Source: Squalus acanthias (lineage: Eukaryota). Taken from it: 64,000 nucleotides of DNA. The position numbers and the translations under genes are program-made. The DNA is taken from NCBI GenBank assembly GCA_030390025.1, contig CM059432.1:82400001-82464000 (forward strand), in the 5' to 3' direction. Below, in pieces: positions 49,062 through 62,319 of this stretch. Position 1 is the stretch's first letter, and each line of letters starts with the position of its first letter. Under the pieces are notes generated by a model that worked only from the letters and a program-made list of their open reading frames with translations, searched no databases and was not told the origin of the DNA.

Positions 49062-50780
49062 AACAACAACAACTCGCATTTATATAGCGACTTTAACATA
49101 GTAAAACGTCCCACGGCGCTTCACAGGAGGGTTAGCAAACAAAATTTGACAGCGAGCCACAAAAGGAAGTATTAGAACTGATGACCAAAAGCTTGGTCAA
49201 AGAGGTAGGTTTTAAGGAGCGTCTTAAAGGAGAGAGAGGTAGAGAAGCGGAGAAGTTTAGGGAGGGAATTCCTGAGCTAATGTCCTTGGCAGCTGAAAGC
49301 ATGGCCACCGATGGTGGAGTGATTAAAATCGGTGATGTGCATGAGGCTAGAATTGGGGGAGCACAGAGAGCTCAGAGGGTTATAGGGCTGGAGGAGGTTG
49401 CAGAGATAGGGAGCGGCAAGGCTATGGAGGGATTTGAAAACAAGGATGAGAATTTTAAAATTGAGGCATTGTTGGACCGGCAGCCAATGTAGGTCAGCGA
49501 GCATGGGTGTGTTGGGTGAACGGGACTTGGTGCGAGTTAGGATACGGACAGCAGAGTTTTGGATGAGCTCAAGTTTATGTAGGATGGAAGATGAGACAAG
49601 AATAGTCAAGTCTAGAGGTAACAAAGGCATGGCTGAGGATTTCAGCAATAGGTGAGCTGAGGCGGGGCGGAGTCGAACATTGATACGTCGGTGAAAGTAG
49701 GCGGTCTTTGTGATGGAGCGGATATGTGGTCAGAAGCTCATCTCAGGGTCAAATACAACATCAAGTTTGTGAACGGTCTGGTTCAGCCTCAGTTGCCAGG
49801 GAGAGGGATGGAGCCAGTAGCTAGGGAACAGAGTTTGTGGCAAGGACCGAAGACATTGGCCGGAATTTTCAGAGGTAAGAACAGGTGGGTTGGAGGCGTT
49901 GGTGCGGGGGGGGGGGGGGGGGGGGGGAGTGAAAGTTGAAAAAATGTGAACCTTGACCCCAATCCACCTCACTTCCAGCTTTTACTCAGGCGGGACGGGG
50001 GGCGGGCAGCCAAGAGGCGGGTTGGCAATTTACATATTATAATGAGGCCTGATGCCTCTATCTCAACCTGTTTTGCAGGTTTTACTGCAGGCGACCGGGG
50101 ATCCTGGGACACGGCATTCCCGGTGGCTGCAACCAGGCCGCCTCAGCCTCAGGGAGCAATCCTTGTGGGCCGGGAGGAGCAGGAGTGCTTCCTCCTGGCC
50201 CCCCAAGCTCCCGCAACATCAGCCTGGCCTTCCCCGGGGTCGGGGTTCAGCCCCCCGCAGCCCCCCCCCGATCGCGATTTGGCCCCGGGTTCAGGGATCG
50301 GACCCTCCCCGGGGATTACAACTCAGCCCCAAGGTCAGGGGTCGGACCCCCCCTTGGGGGACCGGAACCCCCACCACCATCCTGGATGCAGCAGTTACCT
50401 GTTGCTGCGGCCTCCTTCTCCGAGTTCCCCACACAACTGGAAGCCAGCCTGTCAATCAGGCTGACTTCCTGGCGGAGGACCCGCCCCTGACGTCACACGC
50501 ACGCTTAACTCCACAGCGTGCCGGGGACCTTCCGGGTTTCCCGTCGTCTCCCGGGTCCCCCCCGCACCGTGCGGGTGAGACCTGGCAAAATCCAGCCCAA
50601 CGACTTTGGTCTTCCGAATATTTAGTTGGAGGAAATGTCTGCTCATCCAGTGCTTAATGTTGGACAAGCAGTCTGACAAATCAGAGACAGTGGAGGGGTC
50701 GAGAGAGGTGGTGGTGAGGTAGAGCTGGGTGTCATCAGCGTACATGTGGAACCTGACGTCCTGTGTTCGAATGATGTTGC
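49062..50780 (-). mobile_element. L2 LINE 3' part, interrupted by a MITE
   Basis: (TTG)n tail at 49062-49073, LHWLPVQQ, MYADDTQLYL; similar to 5486-6480. Confidence 0.88.
49858..50598 (+). mobile_element. Harbinger-type MITE, 741 bp
   Basis: Termini GGCCGGAATTTT / GGGCTGGATTTT; flanks ATT/AAC. The L2 rejoins across it. Confidence 0.8.
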
Positions 50781-51974
50781 TATAGACCAGTTGGGCCTAA
50801 TGGCCTGTTTCTGTGCTGTAGATTCTATGTATGTAATATCTCACAGTGAAATTTCAACTCAAAAGGTATATTTTATGATCACCTGGGGAAACATACAAAA
50901 AGGATTTTGGATTGCTGTAGCAAAGAGTCGACACAGATACAATGGGCCAAATGGTCTCCTGTGCTGTAAACTTCTATGGAGTTCAATGGAGCGTAAAATC
51001 AGGCAGGGTATAAATCGGGCTTTCGACCCGAACCTGCACCATTCTCACTGGGCAGGTTAGGTTAAAATCGGGGCTTTATTAGTTTTCACTTGCTTCTTCT
51101 TCTCATTCTAAAAGAATGATGACAATAATAAGTTTACAGAAATACCTCATCATATTAGCTGTGATTGGAATTCAAACGGAACAGCCATTACAAAGACCTC
51201 CAAACAGCTAATCACAAATTAACTTCTCCTAGTTATTTAATTTTTGCATGTAAACAAAACACAACATTTCACCTTCTCGGCACTGGGAATCTCACCCCTC
51301 CCAATGAACCTGAAAAGTGCAGACACAGTACACTGACATTTCTCTGCTGTGCCTGTTCAAATAAAATCAGTTCTCAGCAGTTCCACAGTATCATCTTTTC
51401 AAAAGAAAAGCCCAGAATTGCCATTGAATCCATAAAGGTTTTTAACAACTGCTCAATATACAAAATACTACTTCCTATGTACTGAGTTTTGGAATCCCAA
51501 TTAGATTTACATGAATGTAATGCTGTGGATAGTTTCACAATGACATACTCAACAGTGCAGTAAAATGGAGCAAGATATAGAATTTATTTACTGAGTTATC
51601 TTAAGAAGTGAGCTAAATAAAGTTTGACTCAATATAATTGAGAATAATAAAAGGATTCATATAATTACTTATACTGTTTGATTGTCGACTACTTCCCCTA
51701 TATACCTTAAACTAAAACATAATATTATCGAGCAATATTATTTCCCAGTAATCCATTGAAGGTTAAACTCACGGTACTTACATCACAAATTTGTTCCTGC
51801 ATTGAGAATGTAATTAACCACCAGATAAATGAAACATCCTGGCTGTCAATGCTAGCTACAAAAACCTACCAGCAAAAATAAATTAGTCTACCAGGGACTA
51901 GGTGGTGCACTGGATCAACAAGTCATTTACTTAATTTTCTGGGTCTCAATGAGTTTTGCATGTCTGATGTGCCC

Positions 51975-52292
51975 ACCACAGGCAGCTGGGGAATTTAAAT
52001 TCAATTAATTAAATTAATCTGGAATTAAAAACTAGTATCAGTAATGGTGACCATGAAAGTACCCGATTGTCGTAAAAACCCATCTGGTTCACTAATGTCC
52101 TTTAGGGAAGGAAATCTGCCGTACTTACCTGGTCTGGCCTATATGTGACTCCAGACCCACAGCAATGTGGTTGACTCTTAACTGCCCTCCGCGGTTCAAG
52201 ATGGCGGCTCACCACCACCTTCTCAAGGGCAATTCAGGGATGGACAATAAATGCCGGCCTTGCCAGCGACGACCACATAAATTTAAAAAAAA
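51975..52292 (+). mobile_element. SINE with LINE-derived 3' tail
   Basis: Tail gcggttcaag..ggcggctcaccaccaccttctc...ggccttgccagcgacg..cacat plus A-rich end; shared with the LINE end at 56850-56995. Confidence 0.7.
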
Positions 52293-53199
52293 CAGAATGT
52301 CAATTCACCTCTGGGATAGGGATATAAATCTGGGCCAGGCTGATGAGATGAAAGCTTCATTTTCCTGCGTAAAGGTCCTGCATAGAATGAGTCTGGTAGT
52401 CTCAACCCTGTTAGCCATAACTTAACACAGATTGCTATTTTTACTCAGTCCATAAAGATGGCTGTTGTGAGAAATGGGAATATTCCACTATATTGCTGGA
52501 TATGGGTTGAAGGAAAGGGGATTAACAGATATGGGAATAGTATAGGCAAGGAGAATTAGGACTACTGCTTACATGGAGGATAAACACCAAGACGGACTGG
52601 TTGGACCAAACCGCCTGTTTCCTTATTGTAATTTCAATGTAATGTAATTCACACTGGTGCAGTAGGAGGTGCCTTTATGCGGTTGAGCAAAAAGAGTTTC
52701 ATTCTATAACTGTATCTGATCTGAGAGTGCTTGATGCTAACAGTGGGTGATATTAAAAAGGAATAATTGTTCTTTTATCCAGCAATGACATCCCTCAACT
52801 TGATAAACATAAAATTCAGCAAAATATTTATGGGTCATTAATGTGATCGCACTAATGCACCTGGGGCACACGTGATCTGTATGATCAGGCACCAAGGCCT
52901 TCCTCCTGCTGTGTGCCCTTTGTGTACAGTCGCCATTATCCAATTGCAAATTGCTTGTGGTGTTGGGGGCCTGCACATCAGACATGCAAAGCTCATTAAG
53001 ACCCAGAAAATTAAGTAAATTACTTGTTGGTCTCATAACATATTTGCAGCACCTGAAAAGCACGACAAATGCTTATTGCCCATATAAAATGGGAGCTGCA
53101 TAGTAGCCCCATTTAGCCATGCTGTGTGCTCTTGCTTGGTGGTTGTGTCATATAATGTATGTTGACCCATCAAATTGACTGAATATTTGTTTAATTTAT

Positions 53200-53410
53200 T
53201 TGGCTCTGGCTCGTAACTCTTTGGACCACCAACGGACAAGACCTGAAGAAGATATAATGAAGCACATGCAGCTACTCGGGTCTTGGTGGAGCAAGCCGTC
53301 AAGATGTTAAAACAAAGATTCTGATGCATTTACTGAGCAAAGGAATTTGTGCAGTTCACTCATCCAGGAAACCCAAGATTATTGTAGCCTGCTGACTCGC
53401 AAACAACTTT
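53200..53410 (+). pseudogene. Ancient Harbinger transposase C-terminal remnant
   Basis: YNEAHAATRVLVEQAVKMLKQRF*C and IIVAC-like motifs. Confidence 0.65.
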
Positions 53411-55116
53411 GCTTCCCAACTTTTTATTAGGGCTCTTTGAAGCACTTTGTTATGTTTTTCTACATTAAAGGCACTATATAAATGCAAGTTGTTATTGTTG
53501 TTGGAATAAAAAAAATATCAGGACGCATATCATTCAAGTGCCCAGTTCAGCAAATATCTTATGTGAGTCTGTGAACTTGCAGCATGGGAGTACCTTGTGT
53601 TGGCACGTGCTTGATGTTTGTTGCTTGATACATTCAATGGGCCACAGGGCAAATATGGCAGCAACTCAGAGTGCCTTGGTGAAACATAGGCATGTCAGTG
53701 CTTTTGGAACTACATGAGCAGTTGCCAGAGTCCTGCACATTCTCCCTCTCTGATGCTCCATCAGCAAATTTCTTTCTCACCTGCCCCCAGGTTTGCTACA
53801 CAGGTGAGAAAGCATTCGCTGTTTCAGCTGTTCAGGCTGCTCTGGTGCTGCTCTTCACTGGAGGGTGCCCTCAGCTCAAAAAAACCCCATCCTTCTTTAA
53901 AGAACCGCCTACAGAAAGACCTCCAAAGCCACTTAACTGAATGGAGAACTTCTCACTCTTGCTCTTGCTCCAGCCATTTCAACTCCTCTTCCATAGTCAG
54001 GACAGCTTTAACTGCAACCAGCAGTCCCTTGATCCTGTTGCATTCCTGTGTGCCCTGGGAGAGGCACTAATTTATGTCAATGAACTGAGCTCATACCCTA
54101 GTGCCAGGTTACCTCACCGCAGTGCCGGAATGCACAGAACTCAAACAGTCATCAACAGCACTGTACTGGGACCACATTATCAGTCCCATAAATAAAAAAT
54201 ACATATTTTTGAGACAACAGACTGGCAACAACATAAAGTCTTAATTTTTCATTCAAAATAACAGAAAGTAACAATTGCATGATTGTAATCATAACAATCC
54301 CATTACAGGGATCAGATGCTTAGCTAATGGGACAAATCATTCCTTGGTTCAAATATAGACTGTTTCCTGGTCATGACAGTTCTGGCCAGGCACTGTGCCT
54401 GCTGAACCATGCTTTCAGAGTCATTCTGAGGATATTTTTAGACGCTCTGCTGATGCTTTCTAAAACTGTCAAGGGTTGCATGCACCTTCTTACTAATAAC
54501 TCTTTGCCAAAGAACATTAGTACCATCAACGTTTTCCACAGGTCGTGAAAACTTCAAATTCTTCAGTCATGCAAAATGTGATAGAGAAAATGCCGTGGGC
54601 AGCCTCCCTGCTGTAGCAAGTTAGATATCTGCCAAATTTTATCTATGTTAGCCCACACCTGATTCCAACCAATGGAGTCAATTTGGTTAGTTTGCTTATC
54701 AAAAAATCTCACCCACTGAGTCTGATAAAAGACTTTATGCAATTGTTGTTTGGACTCCTTTTTGAAGCACTGGGCCTTTGCTCTGAATGGGAAGCTTTCC
54801 ATAATTTATGGAAAATATGTGGACAGCTGGTTAAAGAGAGAAATTTCTGAGGGGCCCTGTAGAGTCTATCAGGTCTGGACACTACTGTAGCAGCTTAGCA
54901 CAGTTCACCCAAATATTCCAAATAAATAAATATCATAAAAAGTAATAACTGAAATCTGTAAACATTTGACAAGCAGAAATTTCTGCAAAGTCAATAATTG
55001 AGTCCTTTCTGGCACCTGCATATGCTTTTAATTGGACCCTCTTCTGAGAAGCAATATTGTAATGAATTCATCAAAAAATACACACTGAGTCAGCAGCATA
55101 CCTAGATAGAGAAGCT

Positions 55117-56121
55117 TGTCCTTGTCGTCACCTTTCACCCCACCAGTCTCCACATTCAACGGATCATCCTCCGCCATTTCCGCCACCTCCAGTGTAATCC
55201 CACCACCAAACACATCTTCCCCTCCCCTCCCCTTTCAGCATTCCGTAGGGACCGGTCCCTCCGCAACACCCTGGTCCAATCCTCAATCACCCCCAACACC
55301 TCCTCCCCTTCCCATGGCACCTTCCCGTGCAAGCGCAGGAGATGCAACACATGCCCTTTTACCTCCTCCCTTCCCACTGTCCAGGGCCCCAAACACCCCT
55401 TCCAGCTGAAACAGCGATTTACTTGTACTTCTTGCAATTTAGTATACTGTATTCGCTGCTCACGATGCGGTCTCCTCTACATTGGGGAGCCCAAACGCAG
55501 ATTGGGTGACCGCTTTGCGGAACACCTCCGTTCAGTCCGTAAGGGTGACCCCGAGCTTCCTGTCTCCTGTCACTTTAATTCTCCGCTCCACTCCCACTCT
55601 GATCTCTCCGTCCTCGGCCTCCTACACTGTTACAACGAAGCTCAATGTAAGCTCGAGGAACAGCACCTCATCTTTCTATTAGGCACTTTACAGCCTTCTG
55701 GACTCAACATCGAGTTCAACAATTTCAGATCATAACCTCTGCCCTCATTTTTTCCAGACAGCCGCTGTTGATGATTCTGCTATTCCCATTTACACCTCTT
55801 CTAGAACCATCTTTTGTTTCTTTACTTGTCCCATTACCATCTCCTTTTGCCTTGTACAATCATCCCTTTTGTCATTTAATCTCTCCTACCTTCCACCCCA
55901 TCACTGACCTTCCCTTTTGTTCTTTCCTGCCCTCCCCCCTTTCCCTGCCTCTGCACTTGCTTAAAACCTGCTATATCTCTAACTTTTTCCAGTTCTGACG
56001 AAGTCATCGACCTGAAATGTTAACTGTTTTGCTTTCCACAGATGCTGCCTGACCTACTGAGTATTTCCACCATATTCTGGTTTTATTTCAGATTTCCAGC
56101 ATCCGCAGTATTTTGCTTTTG
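55117..56121 (+). mobile_element. Penelope-like element (PLE), 5'-truncated, with GIY-YIG endonuclease and pLTR
   Basis: 14-bp TSD TAGATAGAGAAGCT (55103-55116, 56122-56135). Open frame to 55735: LVVTFHP...AFRRDRSLRNTLV...PCKRRRCNTC...NLVYCIRCSRCGLLYIGEPKRRLGDRFAEH...LEEQHLIFLLGTLQPSGLN. Confidence 0.93.
55990..56026 (+). ncRNA. Degenerate minimal hammerhead ribozyme in the Penelope pLTR
   Basis: CAGTT-CTGACGA-agtcatcgacct-GAAA-TGTT-AACTG: stem I CAGTT/AACTG and intact core. Stem II is imperfect; stem III ATGT is likely CpG decay of ACGT. Confidence 0.65.
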
Positions 56122-56849
56122 TAGATAGAGAAGCTGTTGGCTCAGGCAACTCCTGGAAAACCCCTGCTGCTTTCTCCTCTATATTATCTATTCTCCTCAG
56201 AAAAATGTGGAGAGTCTGTCTACAAATCTGGAAAATAGGCACTAGCCTGAAATTAAGCCAATCAATCTCACCAGGTCAGGTGATGCTAAGTAACCCTACA
56301 GTCTGACGGCGCTAAAATCAAACTATTATAAGCCAACCTTACGTGATCTGGTGCTGTGGCAGGAATAGATCACTATCACCTTTACAAACCTATCCTTATG
56401 TTGGGATAAGAGGGTGGGGTTTATATTCTGGCACTCTTGGTAGAGTGCTTCATGTGCCAGGGCTGTATTTTGGGAATGCAGCCACAGAGGTCAGTGAGGT
56501 CAGGATTTTTCATCCGTTATGGGTTCCAACATTATGATATGCACTCCAGGCATGTGAAGCTCCATGCTAGGAATGCAAATTCATAAAATCTACCCCAAGA
56601 TGTCAATGGCTCAAGCCTCACTAAAATAGTCCTTTAGGAAGTCCCAAATGTGAAGCTTCACAGCTTGACTTGTGGGACATGTGCTGGTACCAATGGGTAG
56701 GCTAAGAAGTCACAGCTATTTCTTGCTGAATCTCAGCATCAGAATCAACTTGGATCCAAAGCCAAGGTAACAATACTGAAAAATGTGCTAATGGATGTAA
56801 AGAAATCACTTAAGCACCAGTCTGAGAGTTAAATGCTCTGGTCTCAACA

Positions 56850-56995
56850 TTTTTTTATTCATTCCTGGGATGTGGGCGTCGCTGGCAAGGCCAGCATTTA
56901 TTGCCCTCGAGAAGGTGGTGGTGAGCCGCCTTCAAGAACCGTTGCAGTCCGTGCGGTGAAGATACTCCCACAGTGATGTTAGAGAGGGGGTTCCA
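56850..56995 (-). mobile_element. LINE 3' tail fragment
   Basis: Minus strand reads WNPLSNITVGV...GLQRF..KAAHHHLL, then an A-rich end. Confidence 0.7.
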
Positions 56996-57524
56996 GGTTT
57001 TGAAATACAGAAGCTGAACAGCATCTATGCAAGTGGCGTAAAGGATAAATTCAATCATTTACCCTGATGTGCATTATTTCAAGAGATGTAAACTAGGTGC
57101 AAAGCCACATCAAACACAACTGAGAAACTGCACAAGCAGCCAACAACAGCAACACTGGTTTAATTCAAAAATTAAAGGGCCCAAAATTAACTACGAGAAA
57201 TCAAAAACAAAAAAAGCGAGCTTCTGCAGACACTGATACAAGCGCTTTAGCGCAGGTTTGAAGTTGGCTCTCAAGTGCCTTTCACTGCACAGCACAGCTG
57301 CAAAATCCTTCTGCAGCACCAGGATCTCAAGTAGGAGAGGACACAATAAAACTATTCAGAGCAAAAGTCAGCTGAGAGTTGTGTCAATGGTTTGGCCTAT
57401 TCTCAAAAGCTGCAGGGACCCACAACTTAAAATCCAGCATTCTGCTTTCCAGAAAAGCATACAGCAATTGGAATTGATTCTACAAATCCACAAGTGACCT
57501 GAGCAGCAGCAATACCAAGAAAGA

Positions 57525-57947
57525 AAAAAATTGCATTTATGTAGCACCTTTCACAACCTCAGAGTGTCCAAAAACACTTTACAGCCAATGAAGTACTTTT
57601 GAAGTGTAGTCACTGTTGTAATGTAAGAAACACGGCAGCCAATTTGTGCACAGCAAGCTCCCACAAACAGTTATGAAATAATGACCAGAAAATGTGTTGT
57701 AGCGGTGTTGGTTGAGGGGTAAATATTGACCAGGACACCAGGGAGAACTCCCCGCTCCTCTTTGAATAATGCCATGGGATCTTTTACATCCACCTGAGAG
57801 AGCAGACCTCGGTTTAATGTCTCATCTGAAAGACGGCACCTCCGTCAGTGCAGCACTCTCTCAGTCCTGTACTGGAGTGTCAGCCTAGAGCTGGTCTCTC
57901 TGGAATGGGACTTGTGACTCAGAGGCGAGAGTGCTACCACTGAGCGT
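57525..57947 (-). mobile_element. Deu-domain SINE
   Basis: Head GCTCAGTGGTAGCACTCTCGCCTCTGAGTCA; body and tail match 38741-39150. Confidence 0.8.
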
Positions 57948-58285
57948 AGACCGACACCGGAGGACGAAAAGACTGCTGCCTCAGACAGAAAAAGGAGAAC
58001 CATAATTTGAGCAGGACACAGAAAATCGTCATGACTGCTCGCCTCGTCGCCTATTACATGCATCATCACCTGAAGTGGCAGTATCACGTTCCCCAGCTGA
58101 CAAGGGTCGCATCCATTGTCGGGAGTCAAATTATTAATACACTGCAATGTCCACTATGTAGAAGAAAATTAGGATTGTCCTGACGTTGCTTAAAAAAAAT
58201 CAATAACTTTTTACCATCCCTGCTACTTTAATCCTGGCCGACAACGCATTTTGTGCAAAGTTTCCCAAAGCTAAATAATAACAAT

Positions 58286-59620
58286 GGCCCTGAATTTTCT
58301 CATCAGTTTCTCCGGTAAACTGGCGTAACGCAGGAAGGCAGCTTGGAGAGTGTGGATCCATTCCACTGGCTCTCAGCCACCCGACGTCACTTCCAGATTT
58401 TCCATGGAAACGATGGCTGGTGTACAACGTCCATCCAAATATACACTGACTATACATCCCCATTTTCCGGGGACAGTCCCTGGATTAGTTACTGTGTCCC
58501 CGGGTAAACGATGTTCCGGGAAGAGTCCCCGGTTTAGAAAATTGTCCCCGTATGGAGTCTTTATTTTTTTTAAACGCAAATGTACAGAAACCCCGGGGGG
58601 AGATTCTCGGCCCGTTTCAGCCTGGTTTGAGCTCAGTAATGGATTCCAGGAGCCGGCTGAATGGAGGCGACGATGGCAGTCCCGCCTTCCCACAATGCAG
58701 CACGGCAGAACAAAAGGGTCCATCGATAGCTCGGGCCGCACTGCACTCTGGGGGTTTGAGTCGCCTGACCCCATGTTTCGGCCAGAGGGTGAAACCTTTA
58801 AAATGCGTAGGAAAAGGCGAGGGCACAGTGAGAGCTAGTGGGTGAGTGGATTTACTTTACCTCAGGTCAGTATGGTGCATCGTGCTTTTTCTTACTGAGT
58901 AAGGCAAGAGGTTTCTGAAACCCTCTGAGACAGAGGGTGTTTCACACCTTATATGGAAAATCTTAGTCTGTTTGGAAATGATTAAAAATTGAGAAATTAA
59001 AAGTTAGGGTATTCAGGGACGAGTATAGATGGTACAGCACTATTGCCAGAACACACGCAAGATTCGAGATTCGGTGTAAAGTGAAAATGGCGTTGTCTCT
59101 ATGCGTATTCCACTCGCAGAAGCAACAAAGTCGTCATGCCAGTTATCTTGAAATGCTACTTTGCTGTGCTCCCACCTTGTGTTCGGATTCGGTTTAGAAA
59201 ATATGGTCACCCTATCCAAATATGGGCAGGTGCATTGTAATTGTACGTAAACTCGACGACATGACTCAGATCTCTGAAAGCTGAACTAACCGTAAGGTTG
59301 GATGCTTCCTCAAAATTGTACTAATCATAGTATGTCAAGCTTTCAGCAGTAATGCACGATAAAGACATGCTAGGGAGATCAACAGGCGGCATCTACCAAG
59401 ATGCCAACAACTATATCTATAGGCCCTGCTACACTTACTTGGCAATGACCATGGGGAACTGTCTTCACAGGAACCAGGTTAGTAAAGTTGTGTCACCTGC
59501 TGCAAGGATACCTGCAGCTACCACACAGCACAGAGCTGGCACCTCCAATGACAGCAACAGTCAGCTGTGGCCTGATAATTGGTTCCACTTCCTTGCAGTC
59601 ATGCTGCAATAGGGAGGGTA
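58286..59620 (+). mobile_element. Old Harbinger left end and transposase N-terminal remnant
   Basis: Terminus GGCCCTGAATTTT. 59410-59610 encodes IYRPCYTYLAM...LCHLLQGYLQ...APPMTATVSCGL, comparable to FCHLLQPDLQ...ALPVAVKVTVAL at 350-445. Confidence 0.55.
58442..59214. mobile_element. hAT (Blackjack-like) non-autonomous element, 773 bp
   Basis: 8-bp TSD TCCAAATA (58434-58441, 59215-59222). Right terminus TAGGGTGACCATAT on -; degenerate left terminus followed by GGGACAGTCCC/GTCCCCG subterminal motifs. Confidence 0.82.
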
Positions 59621-59671
59621 ACCCTCCATATACCCACCTCATGCAGCACCACCTCTACTTCAGTAACCATA

Positions 59672-59802
59672 AAACAGAGGGTCTAAGGAATATGGAACAA
59701 ATGTGGGTAAATGGTGTTGAGGTACAGATCAACCATGATCTAATCGAATGGCACAACAGGCTCGAGGTGCTGAATAGCCTACTCCTGTTCCTATGGTCCT
59801 AG
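59672..59802 (+). mobile_element. CR1 3' UTR fragment
   Basis: gaggtacagatcaaccatgatct...cctactcctgttcctatg. Confidence 0.75.
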
Positions 59803-60764
59803 GGAGTTGAGTGCTGAGCTGCACAATCACTTGCCTGCACCTTGGGTTTCCTTTCCCTTCATTTTTGCCTCATCACATCTTTGTCCCCTTCAGCCTTGGC
59901 AAAGGCTGCTTATAGGTTGAGATGCCTTCTGTACCTTTCCAAGTCTTCAGATTTGTTCTCCCCCTATTGTGGCACTCCCATTTAATTGTCCTCGTCCCTT
60001 TAAATTTCACTTAAATGCAATTTTCCACTTCCATCCATCATTAGTTTGGTCCCTGTATGTGTCCAAGACTGAACCTGAAATGATGCATATAAGCTAACCT
60101 TGGAAAATTGGTTTCAAACAACACACCTCCATTTGAGACTGTCTAAAGCCTTCCACTTGACATTCAGGTCTAATCTGCACCCATGTCAGAAAACCTGGGC
60201 TTGGGAGTTGAAGCCTAAGTAAACTCTCAGTAACATTTCCTGCTGCTGACTGACTCATTCCATTTTTTTATTTGATAACATACGCATAAGTTCCAGTGTA
60301 TAAATTGAATCCTATTCACCATTAGAGTGCAAATTGTACAGAGACATTTCTGAGAGGCTTGATAAGGCACTATCTAAATGTAAGCGTATCTTTTTTGATT
60401 GTTGTTCTCACCTTCCATTCCACTAAATTCTGCAGACATCACACCTTCTTCGACCATCGACAGTGTATTGCTGGCACCAAGCGTTTCCCCTCTCTCTGAA
60501 TTCCAGTGGGTATGTTTCAACACTTCCATCACCCCACTATCAGCTTCTCATCCCAGGCACTTTTCCAAGACATTATAACAGATACAACACCAGTATAACT
60601 GTACTGGCCAGAGCCTCAGAATTTTTTCCATGTGCAACAATTGTTTACATGTCCTTCCTCCAAACTAGTAGGCTGTAATTGCTACTCATAATATGGTCTC
60701 ACTATGTTGAGGTGACTAAATAAAGATGGGTGACCACTTTGCTAAACATCGCACTCTGTGAGCA

Positions 60765-61385
60765 GGCATAGAAACATAGAAGATAGGAGCAGGAGTAGGC
60801 CATTCGGCCCCTCGAGCCTGTTCCACCATTTAATGAGATCATGGCTGATCATCCAAATTCAGAACCCTGTCCCTGCTTTCTCCCCATATCCCTTGATCCC
60901 TTTAGCCTTAAGAAATATATCTAACTCCTTCTTGGATATATTTAATGAATTGGCCTCAACTGCCTTCTGTGGTAGAGAATTCCACAGGTTCACCACTCTC
61001 TGGGTGAAAAAATTCCTCCTCATCTCAGTCCTAAATGGCTTACCCCTTATCCTTAGACAGTGACCCCTGGTTCTGGACTCCCCAGCCATCGGGAACATCC
61101 TTCCTGCATCTAGTCTGTCTAGTCCTGTTAGAATTTTATAAGTTTCAATGAGATCCCCTCTCATTCTTTTAAACTCTAGTGAATACAAGCCCAATCAACC
61201 CAATCGCTCTTCATACGTCATTCCTGCCATCCCAGGTATCAGTCTGGTGAATCTTCGCTGCACTCCCTCCATGGCAAGAACATCCATCCTCAGATAAGGC
61301 GACCAAAACTGCACACAATACTCAAGGTGTGGTCGTACCAAGGCCCTGTACAACTGCAGCAAGACATCCTTGCTCCTGTACTCGA
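60765..61385 (-). mobile_element. CR1 3' fragment
   Basis: GLYSLEFKRMRGDLIETYKI...RRNFFTQRVV; tail catagaaacatagaa. Confidence 0.9.
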
Positions 61386-61899
61386 ATCATAATCATAATC
61401 TTAACTTCAACTGAATGACAGCAATCCTGGACATGTTCCACTAACCATTTAGCAAGTCTGTTTAGCAATAGGTCTAGAAAGTGTCTGAAACAAACTACTG
61501 TCTCATTTAACAAATAGGCTTTGTTCTCTCCTCTGAGTACACTTGGAGCTTGTGTTCTATTTCAGAAGTGTACTTTTCACTCATTCTATGCAGCTAAGTA
61601 ACCTCTTATGTAAGATAAAATTCAAAGACTATTTTGAGAAGAACTTTGGCAATGGATTCAGAACTGATCTGTCCTCGTGCCAATTGAGATAATAAGGCTG
61701 GTCAACCACCAAAACCTGGAGGAATGCACTCACATTTCTAGCACCAGTGCTATAAGTGTAGCTGCTTTCGATACGAGGAACTTACTGATATGGACGCACA
61801 AGTTCAAAAGACAACGATAAATTTGAATCCCATACTTGGATGGAAGTGTTCCATTCAAGGTGACACTTCTTGGCTCCCTTCATGAACTTAGATAAGGGG

Positions 61900-62070
61900 A
61901 TGCTGACTCTGGATTACCATCACTGATGAAAGGTTGGAATGGCTGCTGTATGAACCCAAACTGAGTTCCTGGCTGATAACTACCCTTATGAGGCAGTAAA
62001 GACAATTCTGCTCTGACATGTTCAGGAAGGTGTGGTGGATTCTATAAAGCGTTGTGAGAGGTGCAGACAA
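61900..62070 (-). pseudogene. Possible Harbinger transposase N-terminal remnant
   Basis: LYRIHHTFLNMSEQNCLYCL resembles the transposase N-terminus at 260-335. Confidence 0.4.
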
Positions 62071-62319
62071 AATGCCTCAAGTGTTGTTGCATCTTCATTT
62101 ATTGGCTTCTCATGAACTCATCTTTATTATCTGCATCATGCAGCACTATTAACCCCCAAAGGAATTATCGTCCTCACCACGTAGTCTGGTGCTATTTAAA
62201 TGGAAGCAGCAAACAAGAATTATGAATTAGTGGCAGTAAAAAAATGTAAAAATGGTGGATTAAAATAAACTAATGCATGGAGCAAAATGCAGCAACATTT
62301 AACTGAAAGTGCAAAACAA

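Noticed and set aside
49946..50657. Long overlapping Pro/Gly-rich ORFs
   Set aside because: Stop-poor frames in a GC-rich MITE; similar spurious ORFs occur in the other MITEs.
53400..54800. Possible ancient Harbinger Myb gene on the minus strand
   Set aside because: Position fits, but motifs are too decayed to support by eye.
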